NCBI GenBank assembly: GCA_030390025.1
Contig: CM059432.1
Span: 126,234,001-126,298,000 of the forward strand
Length of the DNA: 64,000 nt
From: Squalus acanthias
Taxonomy: Eukaryota
Direction of reading: 5' to 3'
Below are positions 12,580-26,100 of the stretch, piece by piece; within the stretch, counting starts at the first letter, position 1, and every line of letters starts with the position of its first letter. A model generated the notes under the pieces. That model worked only from the letters and a program-made list of their open reading frames with translations. It made no database searches and was not told the DNA's origin. The position numbers were made by a program, and so were the translations under genes.

Positions 12580-12982
12580 CAGCTTGGCTCAGTGGCAGCA
12601 CACTCACTTCTGAATGAGAAGGTCTTGGGTACAAAATTCACTCCAGAACTTGAACACATAACCTAGGCTGACACTTCAGGGCAGTGCTGAGATGCTGTTA
12701 TTTTTTTGAGAAGTTAAACTGCCCATTCAGGTGGATGTAAATAAAATCCCATGGCATTATTTGAAGAAGAGCAGGGGAGTTTTCACAATGCCCTGGCCAA
12801 CATTTATCCCTGAACCAACACCACTGGTCATTATCTTATTGCTGTTTGTGGGACCTTGCTGGGCGTAAATTGGCTGCTGCGTTTGCCAACATAATAACAG
12901 TGACCAGACTTTAAAAGTACTTATTTGGCTGTGAAGCTGTTTGGGACGTCTGAAAATGTGAAAGCTGCTATATAAATGCACT
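12580..12982 (+). mobile_element. tRNA-headed SINE with LINE-derived tail
   Basis: A-box-like TGGCTCAGTGG head, CTATATAAATGCA tail; related copies at 39215-40022 and 41755-42150. Confidence 0.75.
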
Positions 12983-13249
12983 TTTATTTCAGATTTCCAG
13001 CATCCGCAGTATTTTGCTTTGGCACATAATTGCAATTCCTTTCTTTGTCTCACCAAAGAGTTCAGAATCTGTCGATAAAGAAGCTCAGAGCAATATCAGT
13101 CATCCTGTAACCCATCGTAGCTCGAAGCCTGAAAGCAAGCCACTCAACTGTTTGCTCAGTTTTTTGTGGTGCTGGGCCAGAGAAATCTGGGATTGGGGGA
13201 ATTGACAAAACAAAGAGGGAAATCTTCACTTTCAATTACTAAGTTCCTC

Positions 13250-13520
13250 TGCTGGCTCAATGAGTATATCCAGCGAGTAGTTGAGCCATAGAGAACCAGC
13301 AAGATCTTGTATTTGATCCCGGGTTTGTCCCGAGTTAGTTGGTTTCAGCTGGGTCAGTGGGACCAGCATTGATCCCAGTGAGCCTGTGTCAGGGCAGAGA
13401 AAATGGCCAGGTTCACTGCTCTTGATTGCTATCCAGCAACCCCTGCTGGTAGTCCACGTGGCTGGACAGTGAGTACAGGATCAGGCTTGGCTCCTTGCAG
13501 TTGAATATCCTCCCCACACT
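13250..13520 (+). mobile_element. old SINE-like repeat (second family)
   Basis: Diverged related segments at about 5440-5690, 10840-11160, 33380-33965 and 36190-36560. Confidence 0.5.
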
Positions 13521-13523
13521 AAT

Positions 13524-13648
13524 ACAAAAGAAAATACTGCAGATGCTGGAAATCTGAAATAAAAACAGAAAATGCTGGGAATACTCAGCAGGTCAGGCAG
13601 CATCTGTGAAGAGAGAAACAGAGTTAACGTTTCAGGTCGATGACCTTT
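13524..13648 (-). mobile_element. Penelope-like terminal repeat fragment
   Basis: Same family as 51044-51243 (AATACTGCAGATGCTGGAAATCTGAAATAAAAACAG...GTTAACGTTTCAGGTC). Confidence 0.7.
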
Positions 13649-14028
13649 CCTCCCCACACTCTCTGTCTAGGCTCCTTGCATGAGGTACCAGAGGGTCCCC
13701 AGCACCCAAAGAGCTGTACTCCAGCAAGGCGTAAATGCCCTGACAGGGGATGTGAAAGAATTGATAGGAAGAAAATAATTAAAACTATAGGAAAAGTACA
13801 GGAATCAGTCCAAATGTTTAATTTAGTTGTCTTAAAAAAAAAAATACCGAACCATAATACCACTGAGCTACCAAAAGTAAAATTGTAGGACGGTTATGGG
13901 GCCATGAATTTGTAAAGATGTTAACGTGGTTATTGGCAGAGGATGGGTAATAGATATATTAACTTGGATTCCTGAACTCTCTCCCCACCATTGGGGTAGG
14001 TTATTATACTATGCTGGGGAGACATAAT

Positions 14029-14198
14029 GGGGTAGATTTTCATCAAGTGCTGTTGCAGATCGGCCGTCGGTTATAGAAACCGCCCGATTTTCATCTCCAT
14101 TGGTTTCAATTGAAAGTTAAATGGGAGGGTTTCTGCAATGGGCAGTCGATCCACAATGGCGGTTTTATGCCTGAGCAACAAGTTGAACATTTACTCCC
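14029..14198. mobile_element. small Harbinger-like palindromic MITE
   Basis: GGGGTAGATTTTCA / TGAACATTTACTCCC termini with internal dyad symmetry. Confidence 0.55.
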
Positions 14199-15414
14199 AT
14201 AGCCCTGAAATTGCAAAACTCCACTTCTGATGCAGCTTCTTGCTCAGCAGGAGTGCAGCTCAGTAACATTGGGGTGAGCTGGGGGTCAGGTGAGATGTTA
14301 AAACTTCAAAAAAATCTGAAAGCCGAACCCGCCCTCTTCCGGGTTTAATGGAGGCGAGCAGCAAGTTCTTCTTTATATATTTATATGTATATATATATAT
14401 TTATATGTATATCTCCCGATCAATACATGGAATGGGCTTCCGGATAGAGCCGTGGAAGCCAACACCCTGGAATCATTTAAGAAACATGATTGGGGTTGGC
14501 AATGCAGGCTGTTTCTAGAAAATAGCCTTCCTCCCCTGTATTTATCTTGTGATCTTGTCATACATACAGAGCTCTTTTTGTCTGGATATTGTACTGCAAC
14601 GTTTGCAGTTCTGTGGGTTTGCATAGCATCAGTTAAACGCTGCTACCGTTGAAATATGCTATCAGATGGTGATGCAGGTAATGTGCAATGAAAAGTAACA
14701 TCATTTGCTGTCTCGGGTTACTCCCTTACTGAATAAACTGGGATATTGCCATTTAATCTGCAACACTCAGAACAACAGAGTACCTGTCATCATTAAAACA
14801 TGGATTTTAAGATCTTGATCCATGCTCATCCATTCAATTACTTTTAACAACATTTTTTTTTTACTTTCCTTCCTTATAAATGTTGTCCCTTTCTCTACTG
14901 AAGGCGTGGACTCCTTGCTGTGGCATGGTTCAATAGACACTGGTTGTCCTCTAGTACCGTCCCCAAATAACCACTGGTATACGACCGTGGAGAATGATTG
15001 CCAGCAGGCTATTAAAAAAAAAAATGTTCTTGGGATGTGTGTGGATCCCTGGTTGCTCTGAGAAGGTGGTGGGGTCAATTGAGAGGGCATTAAGAGTCTA
15101 CATAGTGTGGGACTAGAGTCGTGTAGGCCAGACCAGGTAGGCATGGCAGGTTCCCATCCCTGAAGGACATTACTGAACCAGTTGGGTTTTTACGACAATC
15201 CCGCAGATTTTCAGGGTCATTTTTTCTGGTGCTGGCCATTCTCCAGTACCTTGCCAAATTGGTCATTCTTTGTCTGTGAGCCTAGATGTTGTCAGCTGGC
15301 TCTTCACACCAGGGCGGCACCACAGCAGATCCTGTCTTTTTTTAATGTTAGTCCTGACGTCATCCTTGAGTCACTCTTCTTTCTCCACAACCCAATGCTT
15401 TTACTGCTTGGTGA

Positions 15415-15564
<150 letters not shown>

Positions 15565-18109
15565 TAATGAACGGTCCTTGTTGATGTTTGGATGCCCCCT
15601 TCTTTACGCAGCCCCTAATTTTACTAGCCATGTGCGGCATTTCTGACGGAGGTTCTTGTTTTCACTATGTTGTCCTCACCGAACCAGGTATTGGTCAGTC
15701 TGTGTCTGCAGACCTAGAGCTGGCAGTTGAAAGGTGAGGTCAAAGGGTTTATTTCGTCAACACAGTAGCAATCCTCAAATGGCAATTCAGAATTCTATTG
15801 GCTGGGAATTTCCTAGGAGCTGCTGCCGCAGTAACTCAGCCAGAAGTACGGGGAGCCCTGTCTCCGTGTGTATATGGGGTTTCCACTGCACCTCCAGCGA
15901 AGTTACGGCAGTGGAGCGGCAGCAGCTCGAAGGAAATTGTTGTCTCAAATCGATCGAACTATAAAAGTATTTTTAATTCTTTGTGCGTTTTATTTTTCAA
16001 TATTTGCACTCTGATCTCATCAGAATAAACTCGATGGAATGTCATTAATCTTGAGCAGAAATGTAAGCTATCATTACGCCAGTCTGCTGCCAGGTATTCA
16101 CTGGCTGTGATTGAGAAGTCCATCATAAATAGAGAAGGGGTAAACTTGAAGTAAAGCTTAGGGAGTTCTCCCTTTTAAACATGATTGATTACCCCCTTGT
16201 TAGCTTGTCATTTGACAAGAAACCAATAAAGGTGGACAGTCAATGTGATCCCATTCATGAAAGTAGGAAGCCAGTGGGGTGCGGGGGAGGGGATGGCGGG
16301 TGAGGAAAAATTGTAATTATAGTCGGGCCTGCTCGGCTAAGAGACTGTTGCTAGTCCACTCTGCCATTACAACGTTGTAGGAAAATCCAAAATTATTTCC
16401 TTTAAATGGCATGTAAGGATGTGGCCAGTATTGGAAATGTATTGTTTAGGAATAATTCACAAAATTTCCTCGTGCTTAGGGTTGTGTAGAGAATCAAAAA
16501 TGTATCATTAAGCCGATTTAGTGTGGTGTGTGTCTGTGTTGGATCCTTTTGAGGAAAAGTATACGTACTCCAGAATGATCTGCCATTTTTGTGCCCTGCC
16601 ACACCTACATGAGTGTCTGATTGTGTCCATTTATAGAACATACGCAGTCTGAATTTCCACAGAAAGCTAAGATGTACAGTTTCCACGAGGCAGGAGAGTT
16701 CAGGGGAGAGGCTGAAGGTTCGGGTCAATGGGTTAAAACCACCAGACTCTCCACTAGGTCAGAAGGCACAGCTGAAGTGACACGTGTAAGGTCTGTGAAA
16801 GCCTCAATTGAACATGTCCCACTTTCCGATTATCCTGAGCTGTCGCATTACTGGCAGACTTCCCTATTATCAGTAACTCCCTCCTCTTGTGTTCTCTTCC
16901 ATTTAGGCCATTAAGGGAAGGGTTATGTTTTGATAGTATTGAGTAACTGCCATTGACTGTGCATTCCTTTGGTAAATGGATAGGCAGTGGTCTCTGTATT
17001 GACTTTTAACTTTTTTAAGAGGCTTATGCAAAAATGGTTTGCAACACCATTGATGGGTTTGAGACTAGCTGTTCAAAATATAAGATAACTAAATTATCGA
17101 TTTATTTGAACAAAACTAGGACATTTCAATCCAGTTCTTAAAATGTGACTTAACTTTTAAGTCTCCACTCTGCCTCTCCAGACAGGCATTGTCTGCATGA
17201 CTAAGGGTTACAATTAAACTTGCTATGACATTTCATGTTGCTAGGATACAGTCATAGTTGAACTGACTTGAAAGGTTACTGCAGGAAGAAAGTTTGTCAG
17301 GTACATATTATGAACAAACCTGGCTCTTTCAATCGGTCCTTTCAGATATGAGAGTCTTTGACACAGGACGCTGCTGCTCCTGCCTGCCAGAAATAGTTGC
17401 AATGACTTGCACACATTGGTAAAACATGGCAGCTACAAAGATTGCTCCTTTCAATTGGGTTGTGTACAATGGGCCGTGCTATGAATGTGTAAACATTCTG
17501 TGGCACAGCATGGATGGATGAATGTTCAAGTCCAGCTTTTCACGGTTACCATTCTGAGCTGCGTTGAGCCAGGTGCTCAGGAAATTGAGTTAATGATGTC
17601 TTCCAGTTGCAAGCAGTGAAGATCAGAAAAGAAAGTCACACCGATGTGGTCTCTGGTGCCTCCTGACCGCAGACTACAAGGGTGGCAGCCTGGAAGTACT
17701 CTTGGCTGCTGACTAAGTTTTAAAAACACGCACGATAGCCCGGGGTAAACTGAGTCTTGACGTTGGGTTTCTTCACCTTTCTCAGTTGTTTTGCCGTTGG
17801 CTGTTTCCACGAGCTTATCATCCTTCCTGTTAGAGGTCTACACCAAGTCTAAATGCAGCAAGTGCTGCTGCACCTTTTCAAAGTTGGAAGTGTGTGCACA
17901 ATGAAGCCTATGATAGTTAAAGAGTGTTGTGTTACTTTACTGCCCTTTTCTTTTGACATCTGTAAAACTGATTTTGGGCAAGTTTCTCATGACTGTCACA
18001 AAGCTATATCCAAGAAACAATGTTTTTCAACTCGTATTATTCTTGTAAGAAATATATTTTTTAATGGTTACTTTCAATTGGAGAAAGGAAAGAAGTTAAC
18101 GATTCAAGA

Positions 18110-18248
18110 TTTCTGATCTTTGTCAGAAGTCATATTGACTTGAAACGTTAACTTTTTCCTTTCTCCACAGATGCTGCCTGACCTGGTGAGTGTTTCAATA
18201 TTTTCAGTTTTTATTTCAGATTTCTAGCATCTGCATTATTTTGCTTTT
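18110..18248 (+). mobile_element. Penelope-like terminal repeat fragment with degenerate hammerhead
   Basis: GACTTGAAACGTTAACT...CCACAGATGCTGCCTGACCTG...TTTCAGATTTCTAGCATC. Confidence 0.65.
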
Positions 18249-20670
18249 AAGAACATAAGAAATAGGAGCAGGAGTAGGCCATTCGGCCCCTCGAGCCTGC
18301 TCCACCATTCAATAAGATCGTGGCTGATCTTCTACCCCAACTCTACCTTTCCGCACTATTCCCATATCCCTTGATTCCCTTAATATTCAAAAATCTATCG
18401 ATCTCTGTCTTGAATATACTCAACGACTGAGCCGCCACAGCCCTCTGGGGTAGAGAATTCCAAAGATTCACCACCCTCTGAGTGAAGAAATTTCTCCTCA
18501 TCTCAGTCCTAAATGGGCGTCCCCTTCTGAAACTGTGACCCCTGGTTCTAGAATCCCCAGCCAGGGGAAACATCCTCTCAGCATCTACCCTTCATACTTT
18601 TGACAGATAGACCTGTCAAATATATGAATGGAGATCACCCCAAAAAGACACTAAAACAGTAAATAATTTATTTTTTTTAAAAATCACGTTTTTAAAATGA
18701 GTTAAAATTACATTAAATTAAATATTTTAAACAAAAGTTTAATTTTTTGAAAAAAATAATTAAAGTTTTTTACGGGGCTAAAAATAAACTTACCTTTTTT
18801 AAAAGTATTTTTAAATTATAAATGAGTGAAAAATTTTTTTATATAACTTTTTTTCAACTCTTATGCTGGTAAAAGCAGGCCTTACACCTGCTTTTACCAG
18901 GCGTAAGATTTTTATGTGTTTTCAGCGGGCAGAGGTTCTGCAGAAAGCGGAACTCTCCCCCCCGCAGAGGCCCTTCTCCAGGGCAGGCGTCCGATCTGTC
19001 AAGAGCATTCTTGACAGATCGGAAATGCCGGTTTTCAGCGCATGCGCTTCGCATGCCTGAAACCGGCATTTCTGATGTCCCTACGGGTGTGTACACAGCC
19101 CATACACACCCGTAGGCATCAGAAAATACGGGCCAATATGTTTCACTGAGATAACCTCTCATTCTTCTAAATTCTATGGAATATAGGCCTAGTCTCCTCA
19201 ATCTCTCCTTTCTATTTTTCCTACCAAAGTGGATAACTTCACATTTCTCCACATTATATTCCATCTGCCATGTTCTTGCCCACTCACTTAACCTGTCTAT
19301 ATCCCTTTGCAGCTTCTTTGCATCCTCCTCACAACTTACTTTCCCACCTAACTTTGTATCATCAGCAAACTTGGATACATTACACTCAGTCTCCTCATCT
19401 AAGTCATTGATATAAATTGTAAATAGCTGAGGTCTAAGCACTGATCCTCGTGGTACCCCATTAGTTACAGCCTGCCAACACAAAAATGGCCCATTTATTC
19501 CTACTCTGTTTTCTGTCCATTAACCAATCCTCAATCCATGCTAATATTACCCCCAATCCCATGCGCCCTAATTTTGTGTAATAACCTCTTGTGTAGCACC
19601 TTATCAAATGCGTTCTGAAAATCCAAATACACTACATCCACTGGCTCCCCCTTATCTACACTCTAGTTACAACCACAAAAAACTCTTACATTTGTCAAAC
19701 ATGATTTCCCTTTCATAAATTCGTGTTGACTCTGCCCAAATCATAATTATGATTTTCTAAGTGCTCTGTTACCACGTCCCTAATAGATTCTAGCATTTTT
19801 CCTACTACTGATGTCAGGCTAACTGGTCTATAGTTCCCTGTTTTCTCTCTTCCTTCCTTTCTTCAATAGCAGGATTACATTTTCTACTTTCCAATCCGCG
19901 GGAACCGTTCTAGAATCTAGGGAATTCTGGAAGATCAAAACTAATGCATCCACTATCTCTGTAGCCACCTCTTTTAAAGCCCTAGGATATAGGCCATCAG
20001 GTCCAGGGGATTTGTCGGCTTTTAGTCCCATTACAATTTCTTTACTAATACTAATTTCTTGAAGTTCCTCATTCTCTCTTGGTTCCCCACTATTTCTGGA
20101 ATATTTTTTGTGTCTTCTTCCATGAAGACAGATACGAAGTATTTGTTTAATGTCTCTGCCATTTCCTTATTCCCCATTATAATTTCTCCTTTCTCTGCCT
20201 GTAAGGGACCCACGTTTACTTTTGCTAATCTCTTCCTTTTTACATACCTATAGAGGCTTTTACAATCTGGTTTTATGTCTCTTTCTAGTTTAGTCTCATT
20301 CTATTTTCTCTCTCTCTATCAATTTCTTGATCTTCCTTTGCTGAATTCTAAAATCCTCCCATTCTCAGGCTTACTACTCTTTTTGGCAACATTATAAGAC
20401 ACTTCTTTTAATCTAATACTATCCTTACCTTTTTTTGTTAGCCACAGTTGGACCATTTTTCCCATGGGATTTTTATCCCTTAAGGAAATGTATTTTCGTT
20501 ATGAATTATTTCTTTAAATGTTTGCCATTGCTTATCTACCATCATATCTTTTAATCTAGTTTCCCAACTTACCTTAGCCAACTAGCCTTTCATACCTACG
20601 TAGTTTGCTTTGTTCAGATTTATGACCCTAGTTTCGGACTTAACTAAATCACACTCAAACTCAATATAAA
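18249..20670 (-). mobile_element. CR1 LINE, decayed ORF2 (RT), interrupted by a MITE
   Basis: RT motifs GVPRGSVL, YINDLD, FADDTKL in ORF 18854-19483; KSPGPDG in 19828-20031; TAAGAACATAAGAA tail. Confidence 0.92.
18588..19134 (-). mobile_element. truncated Harbinger-like MITE, family B
   Basis: Reverse complement of 57873-58390; only one TIR (GAAAATACGGGCC) retained. Confidence 0.8.
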
Positions 20671-22468
20671 ATTTAGTTGATGGCTTTCATATCTTTGTGT
20701 GGTGACTCCTGAATAGGGAACGTCCAAAAGTCAATTGCCCAAAGGAGAAAAAAAATGCCATCTTTGAAGGAAATGTTTTTTCTTCGCAAACAGCAGCCAA
20801 AATAATCGCCTGGAATTTCCGGCTGGGTGACTTCCTGATCTCCTACTGTTTCTCTGGGGTTTCCACGGAGGTTATGGCAGGAGATCAGGAAAACCCTGCA
20901 GAAATTGTACCTCAATGTATTACATATGATGGCCTTGTGACCTCCTGACCCCATGACTCTTTAGTAGACTTTTTTTTAATGGCAGAGACCTGACTATTTG
21001 CTAACTTGGCAGTGGTGTCACCTTAAAAGCTTGTTTTAGTAAACTTAAAATAGGTGAGTGTACTTTCCTGGGTTGTGTTTGGGTTTTATGGGATGTGACA
21101 GGATCCCGGAGCTTGGTCTTGGGTGAATCTGCACTTAACACTGACTTCCGGGAGCCAGGCACACCTGTAAAACCAACCCAGCCCGTAAAACCAACACAGC
21201 GCCCAGGAAAGTGTGTTCTCCTAGTTAAAGTTTATATACGGTATGGTACGCAGCAAGTGTGGACTTTCAGGCGGTTGAGATTGTGAACTTCAAAATGTCC
21301 CACAAGTGATGGTCCGGTCCATTTGTAAAAGCCTTTATTACCTAATAACTGGTAAATAAATAGGAACACAAGTACAGGAGTAGCCATTTAGCCCCTCAAG
21401 CCTGTTCCGCCATTCAATTACATCATTCCTGATCTGTACCTTAACTCCACATAACCGCCTTGGATACATATCCTTTGATACCCTTACCTGTCCACCTCAA
21501 AATTTTAATTGATCCAGCATCCACAGTCTTTTGGGGGAGAGAATTCCAGATTTCTACTACCCTTTGCGTGGAAAAACTGCTTCCTGATTTCACTCCTGAA
21601 TGGCTTAGCACTAATTTGAAGATTATGCCCCCTTATTCTGGATTCCCCCACCAGAGGAAATAGCTTCTCTGTATCTACTCTATCGAACACTTAGCATTTT
21701 ATGGGGAAGTTTGAGGTCATCCACTTTTGAATCCATCTGCCACAGTTTCGCCCACTCACTTAATCTATCTATGTACAACTTACTGTGTCTACTAACTTGG
21801 ATGTACAGCTCTCTTCCTTCATTCAAGTCATATAAACGGTGAAAAGCTGAGGCCCCAGTACAGATCCCTAGGGAACACCATTTTTCACAACCCACCAGTC
21901 AGAGTAGAATCCCTTTATACCTACTCTCTGGGGGCTATTTTCTCCTGATACTTTAGGCGCTACAGAGTCTCCGAGGTGACCAAGATGGGGCCTTGAGCTA
22001 GTTTTTAGCCCGTCTTTAGCACAACACGCCATCTTGGTAAAGGAGTTGAAGAGCACGCTAGGATCAGCTGTTCCGAGGATGATTAAGGCTCTGATGGACC
22101 AATTAAAGTGGCTCCTAACACTTATCAAAGAGGCTTCACATCATTTTGCTGGCTAGCACTGCAAATAAGGACCTCTTCTAACAGCGACCAGCTGAACAGG
22201 AGTAAAGAAGTTGTTGCTGAGGATTGCCAGCGCTACTTAAAGCCATGCTCAGCTTTCACTGTTCACTTGCTGCTGGAGATTGACTGACTACACTGAGTTT
22301 GAAGAGGACTTTAGATACACATCAGGAGACTTTCTGGAACTCTTTACCAACACCCCAACATTTATTTTGCAAATTCTCTGAGGACTTCACCTAAAGAGAG
22401 TGAGTTCTGTGCTACTGTACCTTATTGGAGACCTTATAGGAGTCACCAGGAGAAAGGGAGTGCTTGGT

Positions 22469-22950
22469 CATGGGGATCATGCTAGGGGTCCCCCTAGGGC
22501 CGGAGGAGGAATGGGAGAAGATGAGGCCAGGCAGAGCAGCACCAGCTGCTGGAGGAGAGAGGGAGAGGAGGGACAGGACGGCAAGGGGCAACATACATTC
22601 GAAGCGGCATGGCTGTGCAGCTGTCTGCCGGTCCCGCGCAGACCGGGACCAGCTTTTCCAATGTAAAATTTGGCACATGCGCGAAACTTTGAATGGGCCG
22701 CACAGCCCGTTAACGGGACCATGCATCCAAATTTAAAAGTTAGGGAGAACATTGGCGAGGAGGGCTCCAGATTCGTGGTGACTTGCTGCGTGCTCCACAA
22801 TCTGGTGATCAAGCTCAGGAGCCACAAGAGGAGGAGGAGGAGGAGGCGGGGGACCAGGGGGAGCACCAGAGGGTTCCAGGTAGACGGCCTGCACCTGGGA
22901 GGGACGCTCGCCGCCATCTAATTTCAGACATGTCCTCCACCATCAGACTT
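22469..22950 (+). pseudogene. Harbinger transposase remnant (N- and C-termini only)
   Basis: MGIMLGVPLG... start, then SRFVVTCCVLHNL and an acidic tail typical of the HARBI1-like C-terminus; DDE core absent. Confidence 0.7.
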
Positions 22951-23187
22951 CGGAGCGCTGTTGCCACATGCCTTACCTTCCATGACTGAGGATCCATCAG
23001 GAAGTCCACCATCTGCACTCAATCCTTTCAAACCCTTCCCCATGAAGATCACTATAAAAAAGACCACCGATTCCACCACTACCCAATTACCATCATCACT
23101 CTTTATGTACAGCAAAAATAAACAATGAACGCATGACATAACCAACAGCACTTACAAATATTCGACAATTCACCCTGGTGCTTACCC

Positions 23188-26100
23188 TTAGTGGCTATCT
23201 ACAAGTGCTCTCGCCTACTCTGGTGCTTCTACGAAGTGCAACCCCAGTGGAAACAGCTGGCGAGGTGGATGGCTGCTGAGAATCTGAAGAGGGCAGTTCA
23301 GATGTCCTCCTGCGCCGCCCTCGAGTGGCTGTGGGCCGTGATTGCCCAGCCTCAGCCTGCACCATCTCAGCATGAGCTTCAGCAGTCAGGGCCACCTGGC
23401 TGACAGGCAACGGCAAGGGCAATGGTGCAGTGGTGGGGGAGGGAGCAGCAATGCTGCCATCCGGAGAGAGGCCAGTATGTTCCTGCTCCATGATTCCCAC
23501 ACCACTACCTCAGGGCCTCTGCTCAGCCAGCCCAGTGATCTGCTGTAGGACAGATCTCTGGGCAGCTGAGACAGTCTGCAAGCCCCTTTCAACCGAGGAG
23601 CCCAGAGCCACCATAGCAGCTGCCTGAGCTTCCATTGTAGCAGTTTGCCGCTCCATGGAAGTTGTTTGGTGTTCCATGGAATCTGCTATGGCTACAATGG
23701 AAGCTGCGACCTCAGTCATGAGGTGCTGTAAGATGGTGGGCTCCACAGGTCGCTGGATGGAATTGGCCAGCCCCTTCACGTTGGAGAGGATGGGTTCCAG
23801 GCTCTGCGTCAAGCCACGGGCCAAGCTGCGGGTGGACTCCTCCACCCCCTAGCCATGACCTGTAAGCTTTCAAGCAGGTTGTCCATTGTACCAAGCATTT
23901 GGTTTGTCAAACCCATCAGCCTTCTTTTGAAGCTTTGCCCTGTGGGGCCCTCATCTGACTCCTCTACAGCAGAACTAATATGTGACCTTGAATGAGTGTA
24001 TTGGCAGGTATGTTTGTGTGTACCTGCAATGCCGCACATGGTTGAAGAGATGTGTCTGAGGTGTGAGCAGTGCCTGTGAAGGATGCAATAGTGGGTTGTA
24101 TGATTGTCAGTGTATAGTTAGATGGTGGATGTAGTGTGATGAGGTTCTGATGCTGGTAATGGTGCAGTTATTGAGAAGTGTGTTTGTGAGATGGGATCGG
24201 AATACTGGTGGTTCTTCTGGGGAATACAGCCAGAGCCAAGTCCACTGTACCACGGGTGGCGCAGCTGTACAGGGTTGGGTGGGGGTGGTGGGGGGGAGGG
24301 AGGAAGATCGGGGAAGCAATAGTGATAAGTGATTCAATAGTTAGGGGAACAGACAGGCGTTTCTGCAGCAGCAGACGTGATTCCAGGAATGGGATGTTGC
24401 CTCCCTGGTGCCAGGGTCAAGGATGTCACTGATCGGCTGCAGAACATTCTGAGGGGGGAAGGTGAACAGCCAGAGGTCATGGTCCATATCGGTATCAACG
24501 AGGTAGAAAGAAGGATGAGATCCTGCAGGCAGATTTTAGGGAGCTAGGCAAGAGATTAAAAAGCAGGTCCTCAAAGGTAGTAATCTCCGGATTACTCCCA
24601 GTGCCACGAATTAGTGAGCTTGGAAATAGGAGGATAGAGCAGATGAATGCATGGCTGGTGAGATGGTGCAGGAGGGAGGGCTTTAGATTCCTGGGACATT
24701 GGGACTGGTTCTGGGGGAGGTGGGACCTGTACAGGCCAGACGGGTTGCATCTAACAGAGCCGGGACCAATATCCTCGCGGGGGAGTGTTTGCTAGTGCTG
24801 TTGGGGGAGGGTTTAAACTAATTTGGCAGGGGGATGGGCACCAGGATGTAGCATTAGAAAAAAGAAACAAAGTGCACAAAGGATTGGGAGAGACAGATAG
24901 CACCAGAGTAAGAAATAGTACAGTATTAGGTTGGATTAGACTAAAAGAATACAAGGTCTAAGATAGGTTTACAGTGCATGTGTGTGAATGCACAAAGCGT
25001 GGTAAATAAGGTTGGTGAGATGCAGGTGCAAATAGCCACATGGGAATATGATGTGGCGATAACGGAGACCTGGCTCAAAAAAGGGCAGGATTGGGTATTA
25101 ACTATCCTGGATATAAGGTGTTCAGGAAAGATAGGGAAGGAAAGAAAGGAGGTAGGGTGGCAGTATTGGTTAAGGAGAATGTTAGTGCTGGAGAGAGAGG
25201 ATGTCCTGGAGGGGTCAAGGACAGAATCTATTTGGTTAGAGGTAGGAAATAATAGAGGTGCCATTACACTACTACGTGTATTCTATAGGCCACCAAATAG
25301 TGGGAAAGATATAAAGGAGCAAATTTGCAGGGAAATTAGAGAGGTGCAAGAACTATAGAGTAGTGATAATAGGGGACTTCAACTATCCTAATATAGACTG
25401 GGATAGTAATAGTGTAAAGGGCAGAGATGGGGAAGAATTTCTGAAGTGTGTTCAGGAGAACTTTCTTGATCAGTATGTTTCTGGCCCAACGAGGAAGGAG
25501 GCATTGCTGGATCTGGTTCACGGGAATGAGGTGGGTCAAGTAGAGCAAGTGTCAGTAGGGGAACATTTAGGGAACAGTGATCATAATATCATAAGGTTTA
25601 GATTAGCTATGGAAAAGGACAAGGAGCAAGCTAGAGTGAAAATATTTAATTGGAGGAAGGCCAATTTCAGTGGATTGAGAATGGATCTGGCCTGGGTAAA
25701 TTGGAATCAAAGATTGGCAGGCAAAACTGTAATCGAACAATGGGCTGCCTTTAAACAGGAGATAGTTCGGGTACAGTCGAGGTACATTCCCACGAGGGGG
25801 AAAGGTAGGGCAGCCAAAGTCAGAGCTCCCTGGATGACGAAAGAGATAGAGAGTAAGATGAAGCAGACAAAAGGGACGTATGACAGATGTCAGGTTGAGA
25901 ATACAAGTGAGAACCAGGCTGAACATTGAAAGTTCAGAGGGGAAGTGAAAAAGAAAATAAGAGGGTCAAAGAGAGAGTATGAGAATAGATTGGCAGCTAA
26001 CATAAAAGGGAATCCAAAAGTCTTATATAGGCATATAAATAGTAAACGGGTAGTAAGAGGAGGGGTGGGGCCGATTAGGGACCAAAAAGGAGACCTACAC

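Noticed and set aside
18854..19483. Intact 209-aa gene
   Set aside because: Chimeric read-through from CR1 RT into MITE sequence
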